Made by a program: the position numbers and the translations under genes | Notes under the pieces: model-generated | Told to the model about the DNA's origin: nothing | The model's input: the letters and a program-made list of their open reading frames with translations, nothing else | Databases searched by the model: none | NCBI GenBank assembly: GCA_964016885.1 | Contig: OZ024740.1 | Span: 412,176,001 to 412,240,000, forward strand | Direction of reading: 5' to 3' | DNA: 64,000 bases | From: Eledone cirrhosa | Taxonomy: Eukaryota | Shown: piece by piece, positions 1-12,392 of the stretch | Layout: every line of letters starts with the position of its first letter | Numbering within the stretch: position 1 is the first letter of the stretch

Positions 1-224
1 AAGACGCGGAGATAGGAAGAGCTATATTGGAAGATGCCCATTTTGGATTTGTTGTATTATTTTCTGTTATTTTTCTTCTTCATGGTGCTAGTGGTGGCAG
101 AGTTGCCGCTACCACTGCTGTTAATGTTACTGATTGTTATTGCTGAGATTAGTGTGTTGCTGTTTTCGTTGTTGTACATCGATAGTGATGTTGCATTTGT
201 TGTCGTTGGGGCTATTGTTTTGCC

Positions 225-890
225 GACAAATCCACTTTACAAATAAAACAAATATATGTTCTGTACAGTCAACTACTATCAATCCTGAACGCATCGTGTT
301 ACTCTTATTTATATCCTTATAGAATACGCTTTTTAGATAACATCTAGATGACCAATGCGATTTGATCATGTTGCCTTTGAAATATTCGATAAATGTAGTA
401 CGTACCTGGCAGAGAGATGGAAATGCCTGTTCATTTTTTTTAGGATTTTACACCTTCTCCATTATCTGCTATCCCACTTTAATGGATGAACTTTCGGAAG
501 TCTCCAATTGTATTGGAGAATTTCAGTATTAATTTGTTGTACCTTTATTGCTTGGCTCAGGACTAAAGATCTGTTAAGGTGAAAACCTGTGGAAACACAC
601 GCCTAGCATTGAGCAAACACCCTGATCACCGTTAAGGAACATTTGATAATAATATTAATTTCATTCATATGTATAAAAGAGAGTATACGTTGCTACAGGT
701 GTTACAAATGCGAGCTGTTACCTGAAAAGAATAACAAGGATACCAGTAATAAACTATACACACATACATATATATACATACACACATACATATATGTATA
801 CATGTATGGACACATACATATATACTTACAAACATACATAAATATATAAATATTTGTATGAAGGAGTGTATGTTTTGTGTATGCATATAT
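225..890 (+). repeat. Unclassified interspersed repeat (copy 1), ends in a short TA run
   Basis: Colinear reverse-complement match to ~6742-7403 (e.g. aatggatgaactttcggaagtc / gacttccgaaagttcatccatt), with an internal (TACA/TA)n tract. Confidence 0.8.
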
Positions 891-1003
891 ATCATCATCA
901 TCATCATCATCATCATCATCGTTTAACGTCCGTGTTCCATGATTGCATGGGTTTGGACGGGAGTTTTCCCACTTGAGGCAAGAGTGGTTGTCTTGCTCGC
1001 ATA

Positions 1004-1234
1004 GGACTGTCTGGCGGGTTTTCTACAGTTGGATTCCCTTCCTAACACCAACCACATTTACAGTGTGGGGCTGGGAGGTATTTACCGTGTTGCCTACACG
1101 GCCACATTACAGCGTGGACTGTCTGGCAGGTTTTCTACAGCTGGATGCCCTTCCTAACACCAACCACATTTACAGTGTGGGACTGGGACGTTTTTACCGT
1201 GTTGCCTACACGGTCACATTACAGCGTGGACTGT
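1004..1234. repeat. 112-bp tandem duplication within the LINE 3' UTR
   Basis: ggactgt recurs at 1004, 1116 and 1228; cccttcctaacaccaaccacatttacagtgtggg occurs twice. Confidence 0.85.
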
Positions 1235-1403
1235 GTGTTTTTTTTTGTCGTGACACCTACACGATCTCATTTGTTTCGGCCTGGATTTTGTGGCACCAAC
1301 ATAACTTTACATTGAAAGGGGCGGTGTGGATGGGGTGGGGGTGGTGGGACGGGGGTGTATTTTGTTAGAGATGCCTACTGATGTAGTAGGTTTTACTTTG
1401 TAT

Positions 1404-2258
1404 TTAGGTAACGCGGGTCTTCTCTATTACTGAGTACCGCCAAAGCTCTCGGTCCAGTGACATTGTCTTGGAGAGGTGTAAGTGTGTGAGGTCGGAATTT
1501 ATCAGCTCGTCCCAGGTTTTTCTGGGTCTGCCTACTCCGTGGCTACCGTCTCTCTTTATTGCCCTGCACTTTGTTATACAGTTGTCGTCTTTCATGCGCA
1601 TCACGTGACCATGCCAACGTAGCCTTCTCTCGAGTAAACAACATCTGATCCCTCTTATTTCTAATTTTTTCCTTAGTTCGTTTATGCTTTGCCGTTCGCG
1701 TATATTACTATTACACATCCAGCGGAGCATGCAAGCTTCGTTCCTCTCTAGTCTGCGTATATCCTCTGCACACAATGCCCAGGTCTCACTGCCATGCAAC
1801 ATTGCTGTTCGTATGCAGGCATCATACAACCTGCCTTTCACTTTTAGGGAGAACCCTTTAGCGGCTAATAGTGGTATAAGCTCTCTGAACTTTTTCCATC
1901 CAGTTCTGACTCTAGCTACTGTACTTTCGGAGCACCCTCCCCCACTGCTGATTTTGTCACCCAGGTAACGGAAGCTGTCCACTATTTCTATAGAACCCTC
2001 TGCGCAGTTGAAAGAGCTAGTATTTTTGGGGCACTTGCTGCTACTTATTGCACCAGAGCACCGGCCACATGTAAAATCTGTGTTCTTAGTTAGCTTACCT
2101 GTGATCCCACTACATCTTTTATGCACCCATACTTTGCATTTGGGACATAAAATGGAGTTTCTACCTACGCCTTTCCTACACACTGAGCATGGCCATTTCC
2201 CGGAAGGGACCGGCGCCTTATTTTCTTTCCTACAAACTAGAACTTTAGACTTAGCCAT
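1404..2258 (-). CDS. C-terminal part of the LINE reverse transcriptase ORF (284 aa) with a PHD-like C4HC3 finger; retroelement remnant, not a host gene
   Basis: Uninterrupted ORF with RTE motifs; CSVC..CPKC..HKRC..CGRC at 2189-2058; lacks the endonuclease and catalytic YADD region. Confidence 0.8.
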   Translation of the reverse strand: MAKSKVLVCRKENKAPVPSGKWPCSVCRKGVGRNSILCPKCKVWVHKRCSGITGKLTKNTDFTCGRCSGAISSSKCPKNTSSFNCAEGSIEIVDSFRYLGDKISSGGGCSESTVARVRTGWKKFRELIPLLAAKGFSLKVKGRLYDACIRTAMLHGSETWALCAEDIRRLERNEACMLRWMCNSNIRERQSINELRKKLEIRGIRCCLLERRLRWHGHVMRMKDDNCITKCRAIKRDGSHGVGRPRKTWDELINSDLTHLHLSKTMSLDRELWRYSVIEKTRVT

Positions 2259-2271
2259 GTTAATTTTAAGG

Positions 2272-2275
<4 letters not shown>

Positions 2276-2351
<76 letters not shown>
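2276..2351. repeat. (TA)n microsatellite
   Basis: Pure TA run. Confidence 0.98.
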
Positions 2352-2353
<2 letters not shown>

Positions 2354-2444
2354 CGAAGGAAATGTGGTAAGGAACCAGGTGGACCATAACGCACCAAAGT
2401 ACTCAATACTTAGGGTAGTACAGTGGGTAATAGGAACGAGTAGG

Positions 2445-2540
2445 ACCCCGACGGCTGAGCTCAAGCCGTTTCGACGGCTAATTCTGGACTAAATGAACAT
2501 TTTTATCCTGGTATTTGAATAGCCGAGCTTCTCAGGGGGT
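2445..2540 (-). ncRNA. Hammerhead-like motif, type I, non-canonical core CUGAGAA
   Basis: Minus strand: acccc-ctgagaa-gctcggcta..(long loop)..tagccgtc-gaaa-cggcttgagctcagccg-tc-ggggt; stems I, II and III all pair. Confidence 0.6.
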
Positions 2541-4384
2541 AATTCCATATATGGTAAAAGTGATTGTCACAAGGATTGGTCAAAAGTTTGTTGTTGAGAC
2601 GTAATAATTCTATCATGGCAATTTGTGGAGGGAAGGGGTAGCTGAACCTGCCAGTAGAAGAAAGAGGGAAAGGGGGTGGAAGAAACCCAGTCGTGCGTTG
2701 ATAGTGCCAACTACGGCTGGGCAGGAGGTCAAAGAAGATACTAGGGGGGGGGGGAGGGGGATGACGTCGAAACAATAAGTAAAACAATATGGGGTAAATA
2801 TATAGAAAAATACAGGGAGTCTTAAAAATCAATTAAGTGTAAAGAAAAAAACAATTTCTGGTTACTATAACCTAAGGACAGCTATCAAGTCTCTTACTGG
2901 TACTGCTAGACTAAAGAAAGGTTTACTAGGTTGGACGGAATTATAATGAGACCCTTTTAATAGGTATAAGTAAACAACCGAATATATCTTACGGTGACGG
3001 GTCAACAAGTGGGGGGGGCCAAAATACTAAAGAAACTACCACGAAATATTAAATCAGACTCCCGAGACCAGTACGAAATAAAGGTTTCTACCCCAGGCAC
3101 AGGCCCAGCAACCACCCAGTGCAAAAAATAAAAAGATAAAAATAAAGTAATACGAAATAATAATTCAGAATCCCGAAAAAGAATACTAATACTATCTCTA
3201 AGGGTGCCGCCACGCTACAAAAATTCTACTGCAAACTACATAAATGCACGTACGATTTGTTATCGGGTAACCCCTGCTTGCAAAGGTAGACCTAATATCT
3301 TCTATATCTTTTTATCACTTCCTCTATATTTCCTTCTTCCCCCATCCCCCTAGTCCTTCTACCCCAGTCCTCTTTCTTTGTCGTCTTCCTTTTACTTTCT
3401 CGCCCACCCGAGACAGCCCCTCGGTCCCTTTTAGCCTCAGTACCATCACCCCCTTCCCCTAATCTATGATAGATTTGGCCGACTCCGCTTTTTATAGCAG
3501 TTGTGTTAGACCCCGGATACTAGCCTTCTTATCCGATGGCCGCACCTTTTCCGTGCTTTCTATATTTCTTAGTGGTATCTTTAGTTTCTCGTATATCAGT
3601 ATTTATTTATTTTTTATATATATATATATTTTTGTTTGTTTGGGGAGGGGTGATTCTGAATTAATTTTCCGTATCAACTTTTACATATACTTCGTACCAG
3701 CATTTATGTAGTTTGCACTAGAATTTTTGTAGCGTGGCGGCACCCTTAGAGATAGTATTAGTATTCTTTTTCGGGATTCTGAATTATTATTTCGTATTAG
3801 TTTTTTTAGTTTTTTTGCACTGGGTGGTTGCTGGCCCTGTGCCTGGGGTAGAAACCTTTATTTCGTACTGGTCTCGGGACTCTGATGTATTATTTCGTGG
3901 TAGTTTCTTTAGTATTTTGTCCCCCACTTGTTGACCCGTCACCGTAAGATATATTCGGTTGTTTACTTATACCTCTTAAAAGGGTTTCATTATAATTCCG
4001 TCCCACCTAGTAAACCATTCTTTAGTCTCGCAGTACCAGTAAGAGACTTGATAGCTGTCCTTAGGTTATAGTAACCAGAAATTGTTTTTTTTTTTACACT
4101 TAATTGTTTTTTAAGACTCCCTGTATTTTTCTATATATTTACCCCATATTGTTTTACTTATTGTTTCGACTCCCCCCCCCCTAGTATCTTCTTTGACCTC
4201 CTGCCCAGCCGTAGTTGGCACTATCAACGCACGACTGGGTTTCTTCCACCCCCTTTCCCTCTTTCTTCTACTGGCAGGTTCAGCTACCCCTTCCCTCAAC
4301 AAATTGCCATGATAGAGTTATTATGTCTCAACAACAAACTTTTGACCAATCCTTGTGACAATCACTTTTACCATATATGGAATT

Positions 4385-4480
4385 ACCCCCTGAGAAGCTC
4401 GGCTATTCAAATACCAGGATAAAAATGTTCATTCAGTCCAGAATTAGCCGTCGAAACGGCTTGAGCTCAGCGGTCGGGGT
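4385..4480 (+). ncRNA. Hammerhead-like motif (second arm copy, one stem III mismatch)
   Basis: acccc ctgagaa gctcggcta...tagccgtc gaaa cggcttgagctcagcgg tc ggggt. Confidence 0.5.
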
Positions 4481-4490
4481 CCTACTCGTT

Positions 4491-5161
<671 letters not shown>

Positions 5162-5303
5162 AGTTTATGTTGGTTGTATACCAACACCTGAGTATGCAGG
5201 CTGGTGCACTCGACGAAGTGCGCAGGTTGGTTTGGTTACTCCGGAGTAGTGTAAAATAAAGTTAAATATAAAGTCAAATAATTAAAATTTAGCTTCGTTT
5301 ATT

Positions 5304-5358
5304 ACTGCTATATATATGTCAGTGACAGCCATCTTTGGCTGTGACCTCTTCAGGCAGT
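5304..5358 (-). ncRNA. Hammerhead ribozyme copy with GAAA>GACA core mutation (probably inactive)
   Basis: Minus strand: actgc-ctgaaga-ggtcacagccaaagatggctgtcact-gaca-tatatat-a-gcagt. Confidence 0.65.
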
Positions 5359-6083
5359 TTGAATTAGTATGGTATAGACAAGTACATATGTTGTTGAGGT
5401 GTATAATATTGTCAATACTCTGATATGCCCAGTTCCTCGTTGGGATGTTATTTCACTGAGGAACTGGAATCATATGAATTCAAACAAACGAATTTCAGTT
5501 TCAAAGGTCCTCTTCTCCTCTCATTGGTCAGTTATTAGAACATTCCTCATCCTAAGTGTTGTTATTGAGAGATGGTGGCAGGAGGGATGAAGAAAAAACA
5601 CACACTGGATACTTCTAAATTGTTAGCAGCAGCAAGATATAAGCTGACCACAACACCAACAACACTACCAAAATAATGGTAGAGGTGAAATGTACTTAAC
5701 AATAGCAAACAAAAACACTACAGGGAGCCTGACCCCAGAAAGAATTCTATAGACTTCTGACTGAGGAATGCTCTCAGAACTGACCAATGGGAAGTTTGAC
5801 ACTTTTTTTGTTATTTTGTTCCTTTAACACCTTGTCCCTTCTACCATTTCATCAATTGTTTAAGCTAACTCCAACAATAACAACACTTAGAATGAGGAAT
5901 GTTCTAATAACTGACCAATGAGAGGAGAAGAGGACCTTTGACACTGAAATTCGTTTGTTTGAATTCATATGATTCCAGTTCCTCAGTGAAATAACAACCC
6001 AACAGGGAACTGGGCATATCAGAGGATTGACAATATTATACACCTCATCGACATATGTACTTGTCTATACCATACTAATTCAA

Positions 6084-6138
6084 ACTGCCTGAAGAGGTCA
6101 CAGCCAAAGATTGCTGTCACTGAAATATATATAGCAGT
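6084..6138 (+). ncRNA. Minimal type I hammerhead ribozyme
   Basis: actgc / CTGAAGA (6089-95) / stem II acagc..gctgt / GAAA (6122-25) / palindromic tatatat / A17 (6133) / gcagt, then AATAAA. Confidence 0.85.
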
Positions 6139-6183
6139 AATAAACGAAGGTAAATTTTAATCATTTGACTTTTTATTTAACTT

Positions 6184-6240
<57 letters not shown>

Positions 6241-6254
<14 letters not shown>

Positions 6255-6738
6255 GGAGAATGTGTCTATGGACAATTGTGGACAGCTAAGGCTTTTACAA
6301 TACCCAACCTAATTTGCACAAATTTTCTGTGCACGTTGCACCTGTTGCTAAGATGGTCACATCACAACAATTTTCAAATCGACCCACGTTGAGCAATAAA
6401 AAATCGATAGCAAAATTATTTTTTTTAAAGTGCATGATGTAAGGTAGAAATCAATCAAAACACAATCCTTATGGGAGTTTCCATTCAAACTGTTGGGACC
6501 TACAACTTTTCAGCAGTAGCTTGCACATTTGTTTTGTCACTTGCGACACAATTGTAGATGTTTATTCTCTGCACTACAACACTCTTAAGTGAGCATCTTT
6601 TTCCTTCTAAGTCACATGCCTGTGTCAGCAAACCCATAAGAACTAAATCCTTATGGAATTTTCCATTCAATTTACCTCCTAGCTGTATATTCATAGCGTA
6701 ATTTGAAACCCCGGGCAACGGTGGGTAAATCTGGTCGT
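6241..6738 (+). mobile_element. Probable non-autonomous Helitron
   Basis: Starts tatatataaaagggagaatgtgtct; ends with a GC-rich hairpin-like cccgggcaacggtgggt followed by aaatctggtcgt, resembling a decayed hairpin+CTAG 3' terminus. Confidence 0.55.
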
Positions 6739-6741
6739 ATA

Positions 6742-7403
6742 TATATATATAAATGCATACAAAAAGCATACCCACCTTCATACAAATATATATATATTTA
6801 TGTATGTATGTTTGTAAGTATATATGTATGTGTCCATACATGTATACATATATGTATGTGTGTATGTATATATATGTATTTGTGTATAGTTTACTACTGG
6901 TATCCTTGTTATTCTTTTCACATAACAGCTCGCATTTGTAACACCTGTAGCAACGTAGATTCTCTTTTATACATATGAATGAAATTAATATTATTATCAA
7001 ATTTTCCTTAACGGTGATCAGGGTGTTTGCTCAATGCTAGGCGTGTGTTTCCACAGGTTTTCACCTTAACAGATCTTTAGTCCTGAGCCAAGCACTAAAG
7101 GTACAACAAATTAATACGGTAATACTCCAATACAATTGAAGACTTCCGAAAGTTCATCCATTAAAGTGGGATAGCAGATAATGGATAAGGTGTAAAATCT
7201 TCAAGAAATGAACAGGCATTTCCAACTCTCTGCCAGGTACGCACTACATTTACCGAATATTTCAAAGGCAACATGATCAAATCGCATTGGTTATCTCGAC
7301 GTTATCTAAGTAGAGTATTCTATAAGGTATAAATAAGAGTAGCACAATGCGTTCAGGATTGATAGTACAGAACACATATTTTTTTTATTTGTAAACTGGA
7401 TTG
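6742..7403 (-). repeat. Unclassified interspersed repeat (copy 2, inverted relative to 225-890)
   Basis: Reverse-complement colinearity with scattered substitutions. Confidence 0.8.
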
Positions 7404-7549
7404 TCGCGAAAACATAGAAAAGAATAAGGATAGTTTGGGAATATTTGTCACAAATATATGTTGTTGATATTGGTTTGGGAGGGGAAATGTTGGGGGGGGG
7501 GACGCTAGCTCTCATATTCACTTCCCTATAGGTAAATGCACTTACAGCC

Positions 7550-7815
7550 CATATATATTAAATACACACACACATATAAATACATACATATATATATACA
7601 CACATACACACACACATATAATCATATATATATATATACACACATGCATACATATATGCATAGATATATATATATACACCTACCTATACACACACACATA
7701 TATATATATACACCACATACACACGCACATGCATACGCATATATTCATATATACACACCCATATGCACACATACATGTACACCTACAGGCATATTACAAA
7801 CACATCTACACACAG
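7550..7815. repeat. Degenerate (CA/TA)n low-complexity tract
   Basis: Mixed cata/caca repeats. Confidence 0.9.
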
Positions 7816-8203
7816 ATCTACTCCTGTATTTAAGTGCACATAAACATTGGAGTGGAGAAGGGGGAATTAATGAAATGTTAGTGTACCTCTGAGGGTTTTT
7901 GTTCTCTTCAACGACCTAATGTTTGAAAGTGGGAGTGTCATCGCCATCGACGAATGCGAGAAATTCTCTAGGAAAGTTAACACGGAATCTTTAAAAATCT
8001 TTCCACCTAATTTAACAAAGAACTTACTAGATCTACCAACTTTTATAATATTATAATATTATAAAATTAAATCAAATTGTTTATAACTACAAGTGAAGTC
8101 ATTGTTTTCCATATATATATATATTTGTTATATATTTATCCTTATCTCGCCCTCTTTGGATTTTAGTCTTCAAATTTATTATATATATATATATATAATA
8201 AAT

Positions 8204-8268
8204 ATTTTTTCTGATGAATGAAGACAGACATAAGTATCTCTCTTCAAGAAACCATTGGTAAATGAAAT
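8204..8268 (+). ncRNA. Minimal type I hammerhead ribozyme, weak stem I
   Basis: CTGATGA (8211-17), stem II tgaaga..tcttca, GAAA (8248-51), stem III accattggt, A17 (8260); U-rich/A-rich stem I is imperfect. Confidence 0.65.
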
Positions 8269-8486
8269 AATTATCTTATGTTGTTTATTACATAACTAAA
8301 AAGCTCTGTAGCCTACATCGAGCACTCTCTTATCCTTTACATTTCTACGAAAATACTTCATTTATATATGTTTATATATATATGTATATGTATATATAAA
8401 TATATATGTATATGTATATACAATATATATGTACATATAAATACATATATGTATATAATTACATGCATATAAATACACACACACAG

Positions 8487-8549
<63 letters not shown>

Positions 8550-8574
8550 TAAGGAAAAGATATGAAATCGAAAG

Positions 8575-9005
<431 letters not shown>

Positions 9006-9077
9006 ATATATAATATATTTCGTTTCTGAATTTATTTAGCAAGATTCTTCATCTTGAAACGTGTGTTGAAACCGATA

Positions 9078-9291
9078 TTGTTATGCTTTGGGAGGGCCAT
9101 GTTGCCAATATGAAACGGACGTACCAGTTGCTTTCTCTCAAATTTATTATAAATTAAATTTATAACTTTAAGAATTCCAACTGGAAATTTATAAATTCTT
9201 AAATTTATACATTTAATTTATAATAAATTGGAGTAAAAGCAACTGGTGCATGCGTTTCTAATTGGGAACATGTCCCTCCCAAAGCTTAACA

Positions 9292-9293
<2 letters not shown>
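9078..9293. mobile_element. Small MITE-like element with ~70-bp imperfect terminal inverted repeats
   Basis: ttgttatgctttgggagggccatgtt..accagttgcttt / aaagcaactggt..aacatgtccctcccaaagcttaacaa; a solo end recurs at ~13962-13995. Confidence 0.6.
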
Positions 9294-9682
<389 letters not shown>

Positions 9683-9914
9683 TTTAGAAACACACAGATA
9701 CATGCGGGGACACACATATGCATGAATGCATCCACACCCGACCGTGAGTTAAGGGTGCCAACCTCACCGATGTTGCTCAATGAATGACTGGGACAGACCA
9801 ATCCGGTTGAACTAGACTGAACCAGTATCAGAGTTAAAAATGCATTATGAAGAGAGAAGAAACATTTAGATATAATTAGTAATAAAATGTATCAAACCTA
9901 AACTGCTCCTAGAT

Positions 9915-10004
9915 TCCTCGACTACGTAGTTTCGTGGCATAAACAAAAACAATACATCATAAAGATATAGAGTCCTTGCGAGGTCTGCCGACTTATCAAG
10001 AGGA
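9915..10004 (-). ncRNA. Type I hammerhead ribozyme with U3-A8 core variant (copy 1)
   Basis: Minus strand: tcctc-TTGATAA-gtcggca..(long loop)..tgccac-GAAA-ctacgtag-TC-gagga; palindromic stem III, GUC cleavage triplet. Confidence 0.8.
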
Positions 10005-10506
10005 TACCTCATTTTACTAGCCTCAAGAACGCGTCTACACGACGTGAGAAAGAATCCCAAAAGGCGGAGGGGGAGATAGTCACGCGATATAACGGTCGAG
10101 AAACAGAGCTAAGCCTCTTATAACCCCGATGAAAATACCACGGAGGCGGAGGGGGCATTTATATCGAAGCCGTAGAAGAGGTGGTGAAGGAGGCGAGAAG
10201 TATGAGTAATGGAAGCTTCCAGCAGTCACCACACTTCAAAGATTACTCAACCAGAGGGAGTTATTAACAATATATTTAGAAACACACAGATATATGCGGA
10301 CACACACATATACATGAATGCATCCACACCCAACCGTGAGTTAAGGGTGCCAACCTCACCGATGTTGCTCAATGAATGACTGGGGCAGACCAATCCGGTT
10401 GAACTAGACTGAACCAGTATCAGAGTTAAAAATACATTATGAAGAGAGAAGAAACATTTAGATATAATTAGTAATAAAATGTATCAAACCTAAATTGCTC
10501 CTAGAT

Positions 10507-10596
10507 TCCTCGACTACGTAGTTTCGTGGCATAAACAAAAACAATACATCATAAAGATATAGAGTCCTTGCGAGGTCTGCCGACTTATCAAGAGGA
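10507..10596 (-). ncRNA. Type I hammerhead ribozyme with U3-A8 core variant (copy 2)
   Basis: Same sequence as 9915-10004, offset by 592 bp. Confidence 0.8.
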
Positions 10597-10682
10597 TACC
10601 TCATCGAGGAATCTAGGAGCAGTTTAGGTATGATACATTTTAATACTAATTATATCTAAATGTTTCTTCTCTCTTCATAATG

Positions 10683-10695
10683 TATATAAATATAT

Positions 10696-10730
<35 letters not shown>

Positions 10731-10731
10731 A

Positions 10732-10828
<97 letters not shown>

Positions 10829-10863
10829 TATATATATATATATATATATAAATATATAAATAT

Positions 10864-10908
<45 letters not shown>

Positions 10909-11012
10909 TATAAATATATATATGTATATATATATAAATATATAAATATATATATGTATATAAATATATAAATATATATATGTATATATGTATATATATA
11001 TATATAAGTATA

Positions 11013-11090
<78 letters not shown>

Positions 11091-11107
11091 AATATATATA
11101 TAAATAA

Positions 11108-11169
<62 letters not shown>

Positions 11170-11170
11170 A

Positions 11171-11240
<70 letters not shown>
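10683..11240. repeat. (TA)n microsatellite, interrupted
   Basis: ~560-bp TA-rich run. Confidence 0.97.
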
Positions 11241-11245
<5 letters not shown>

Positions 11246-11335
11246 CCTGCACACATATATATATGTACGCATGTATTCACCGAACATTTATTATAATGTT
11301 CGGTGACTCCATACGTACATATATATATGTGTGCA

Positions 11336-11366
<31 letters not shown>

Positions 11367-11788
11367 GCATACTACTGTACGTCTGTATACAAATATGTAT
11401 GTACGTATACATACTTATATTTAAGTAACAGTCGTACTAAGGGTGAGAAATGAAATTTTGTCTCATTGTTTCCCTTTATAGTTTTCGGTACCCCGGCCGA
11501 TTAACTCACTCGATATGCAAATTAGGCTGCTCAGCCGTTAATATGCATATAGAAAGTATATACTTTCAGACGTTCAACCATCTGTGAGGAAGGTATACGT
11601 TGCTGACGATAGCTAATAAGCTTGAAACTAGTACAGCGTTTCTTTGTCAGTGTTGATCAAATGAGCAACGTTGGTTGCTAGACACTGTACGGCTTAATTG
11701 GGTAATTTTTGTTTACAAACACACCGACCATTATAATAAATGTTCGGTGAATCCATACGTAGATATATATATGTGTGCATGTATGTAT

Positions 11789-11821
<33 letters not shown>

Positions 11822-11867
11822 CATACAATTTTACGTCTGTATACATATATGTATGTACGTATACATA

Positions 11868-11870
<3 letters not shown>
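11241..11870. mobile_element. Penelope-like remnant with rearranged direct/inverted segments around an HHR
   Basis: ttcaccgaacatttattataatg (11276) is inverted at ~11729-11751; 11290-11420 resembles 11735-11870. Confidence 0.6.
11597..11639 (+). ncRNA. Minimal type I hammerhead ribozyme (43 nt)
   Basis: acgttg / CTGACGA / t-agct-aata-agct-t / GAAA / ctag-T-A / cagcgt; palindromic stem III actagt. Confidence 0.85.
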
Positions 11871-11942
<72 letters not shown>

Positions 11943-11943
<1 letters not shown>

Positions 11944-12159
11944 GTAATAATAATAAATGTAAAGACAAACATCCGAAGAGGGCTCAATAAGGATTATATA
12001 TATATAAAATAAATATAAAAATCATAGAGCAAATATTTATTAAATTAACAGATTAAAGTTTCATCAAATTATCGCTGCTTTCATCCTTAACGGGATCTTC
12101 TGATGAACCCGTTAACTTTGAAAGCAGCGATGCTTTGCATAAATTTTAATCTGTTATTT

Positions 12160-12207
<48 letters not shown>

Positions 12208-12392
12208 ATAATAATAATTGTGAAGACTAAAATCCAAAGAGGATAAATATAAGGATAAATATATATCAAATATATGAGAACCCTAGGGCAAATATTTATT
12301 AAAATAACATATTAAAGTTTAAGCAACGAATCGCTGCTTTCAGCCTTAACGTTAAAGCATCGAATCTTTCCTGAAACTTTAATCTGTTATTT

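Larger units (their letters stand above)
891..2275 (-). mobile_element. 5'-truncated RTE-clade LINE: RT C-terminus, 3' UTR and (GAT)n tail
   Basis: (ATC)n tail at 891-920 followed by gtttaacgtccg...catgg; minus-strand ORF with GLKINMAKSKVL, VDSFRYLGD, LHGSETW, RRLRWHGHVMRM and GRPRKTW, all typical of the RTE RT thumb/C-terminus; truncated at a (TA)n tract. Confidence 0.9.
2352..4493. mobile_element. Penelope-like foldback element with ~815-bp inverted arms (2431-3247 / 3699-4493) and a ~450-bp spacer
   Basis: Arms are near-identical reverse complements; flanked by (TA)n on both sides; each arm carries an HHR-like motif; no ORF. Confidence 0.75.
5251..6190. mobile_element. Penelope-like element remnant with inverted pseudo-LTRs (5251-5566 / 5876-6190)
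   Basis: ~315-bp inverted arms, each with an HHR followed by AATAAA; ends at (TA)n. Confidence 0.8.

Noticed and set aside
6500-7000. 166-aa minus-strand ORF, partly duplicated at 643-849
   Set aside because: Spans two different repeats and a microsatellite; the other copy stops early; no recognisable domain
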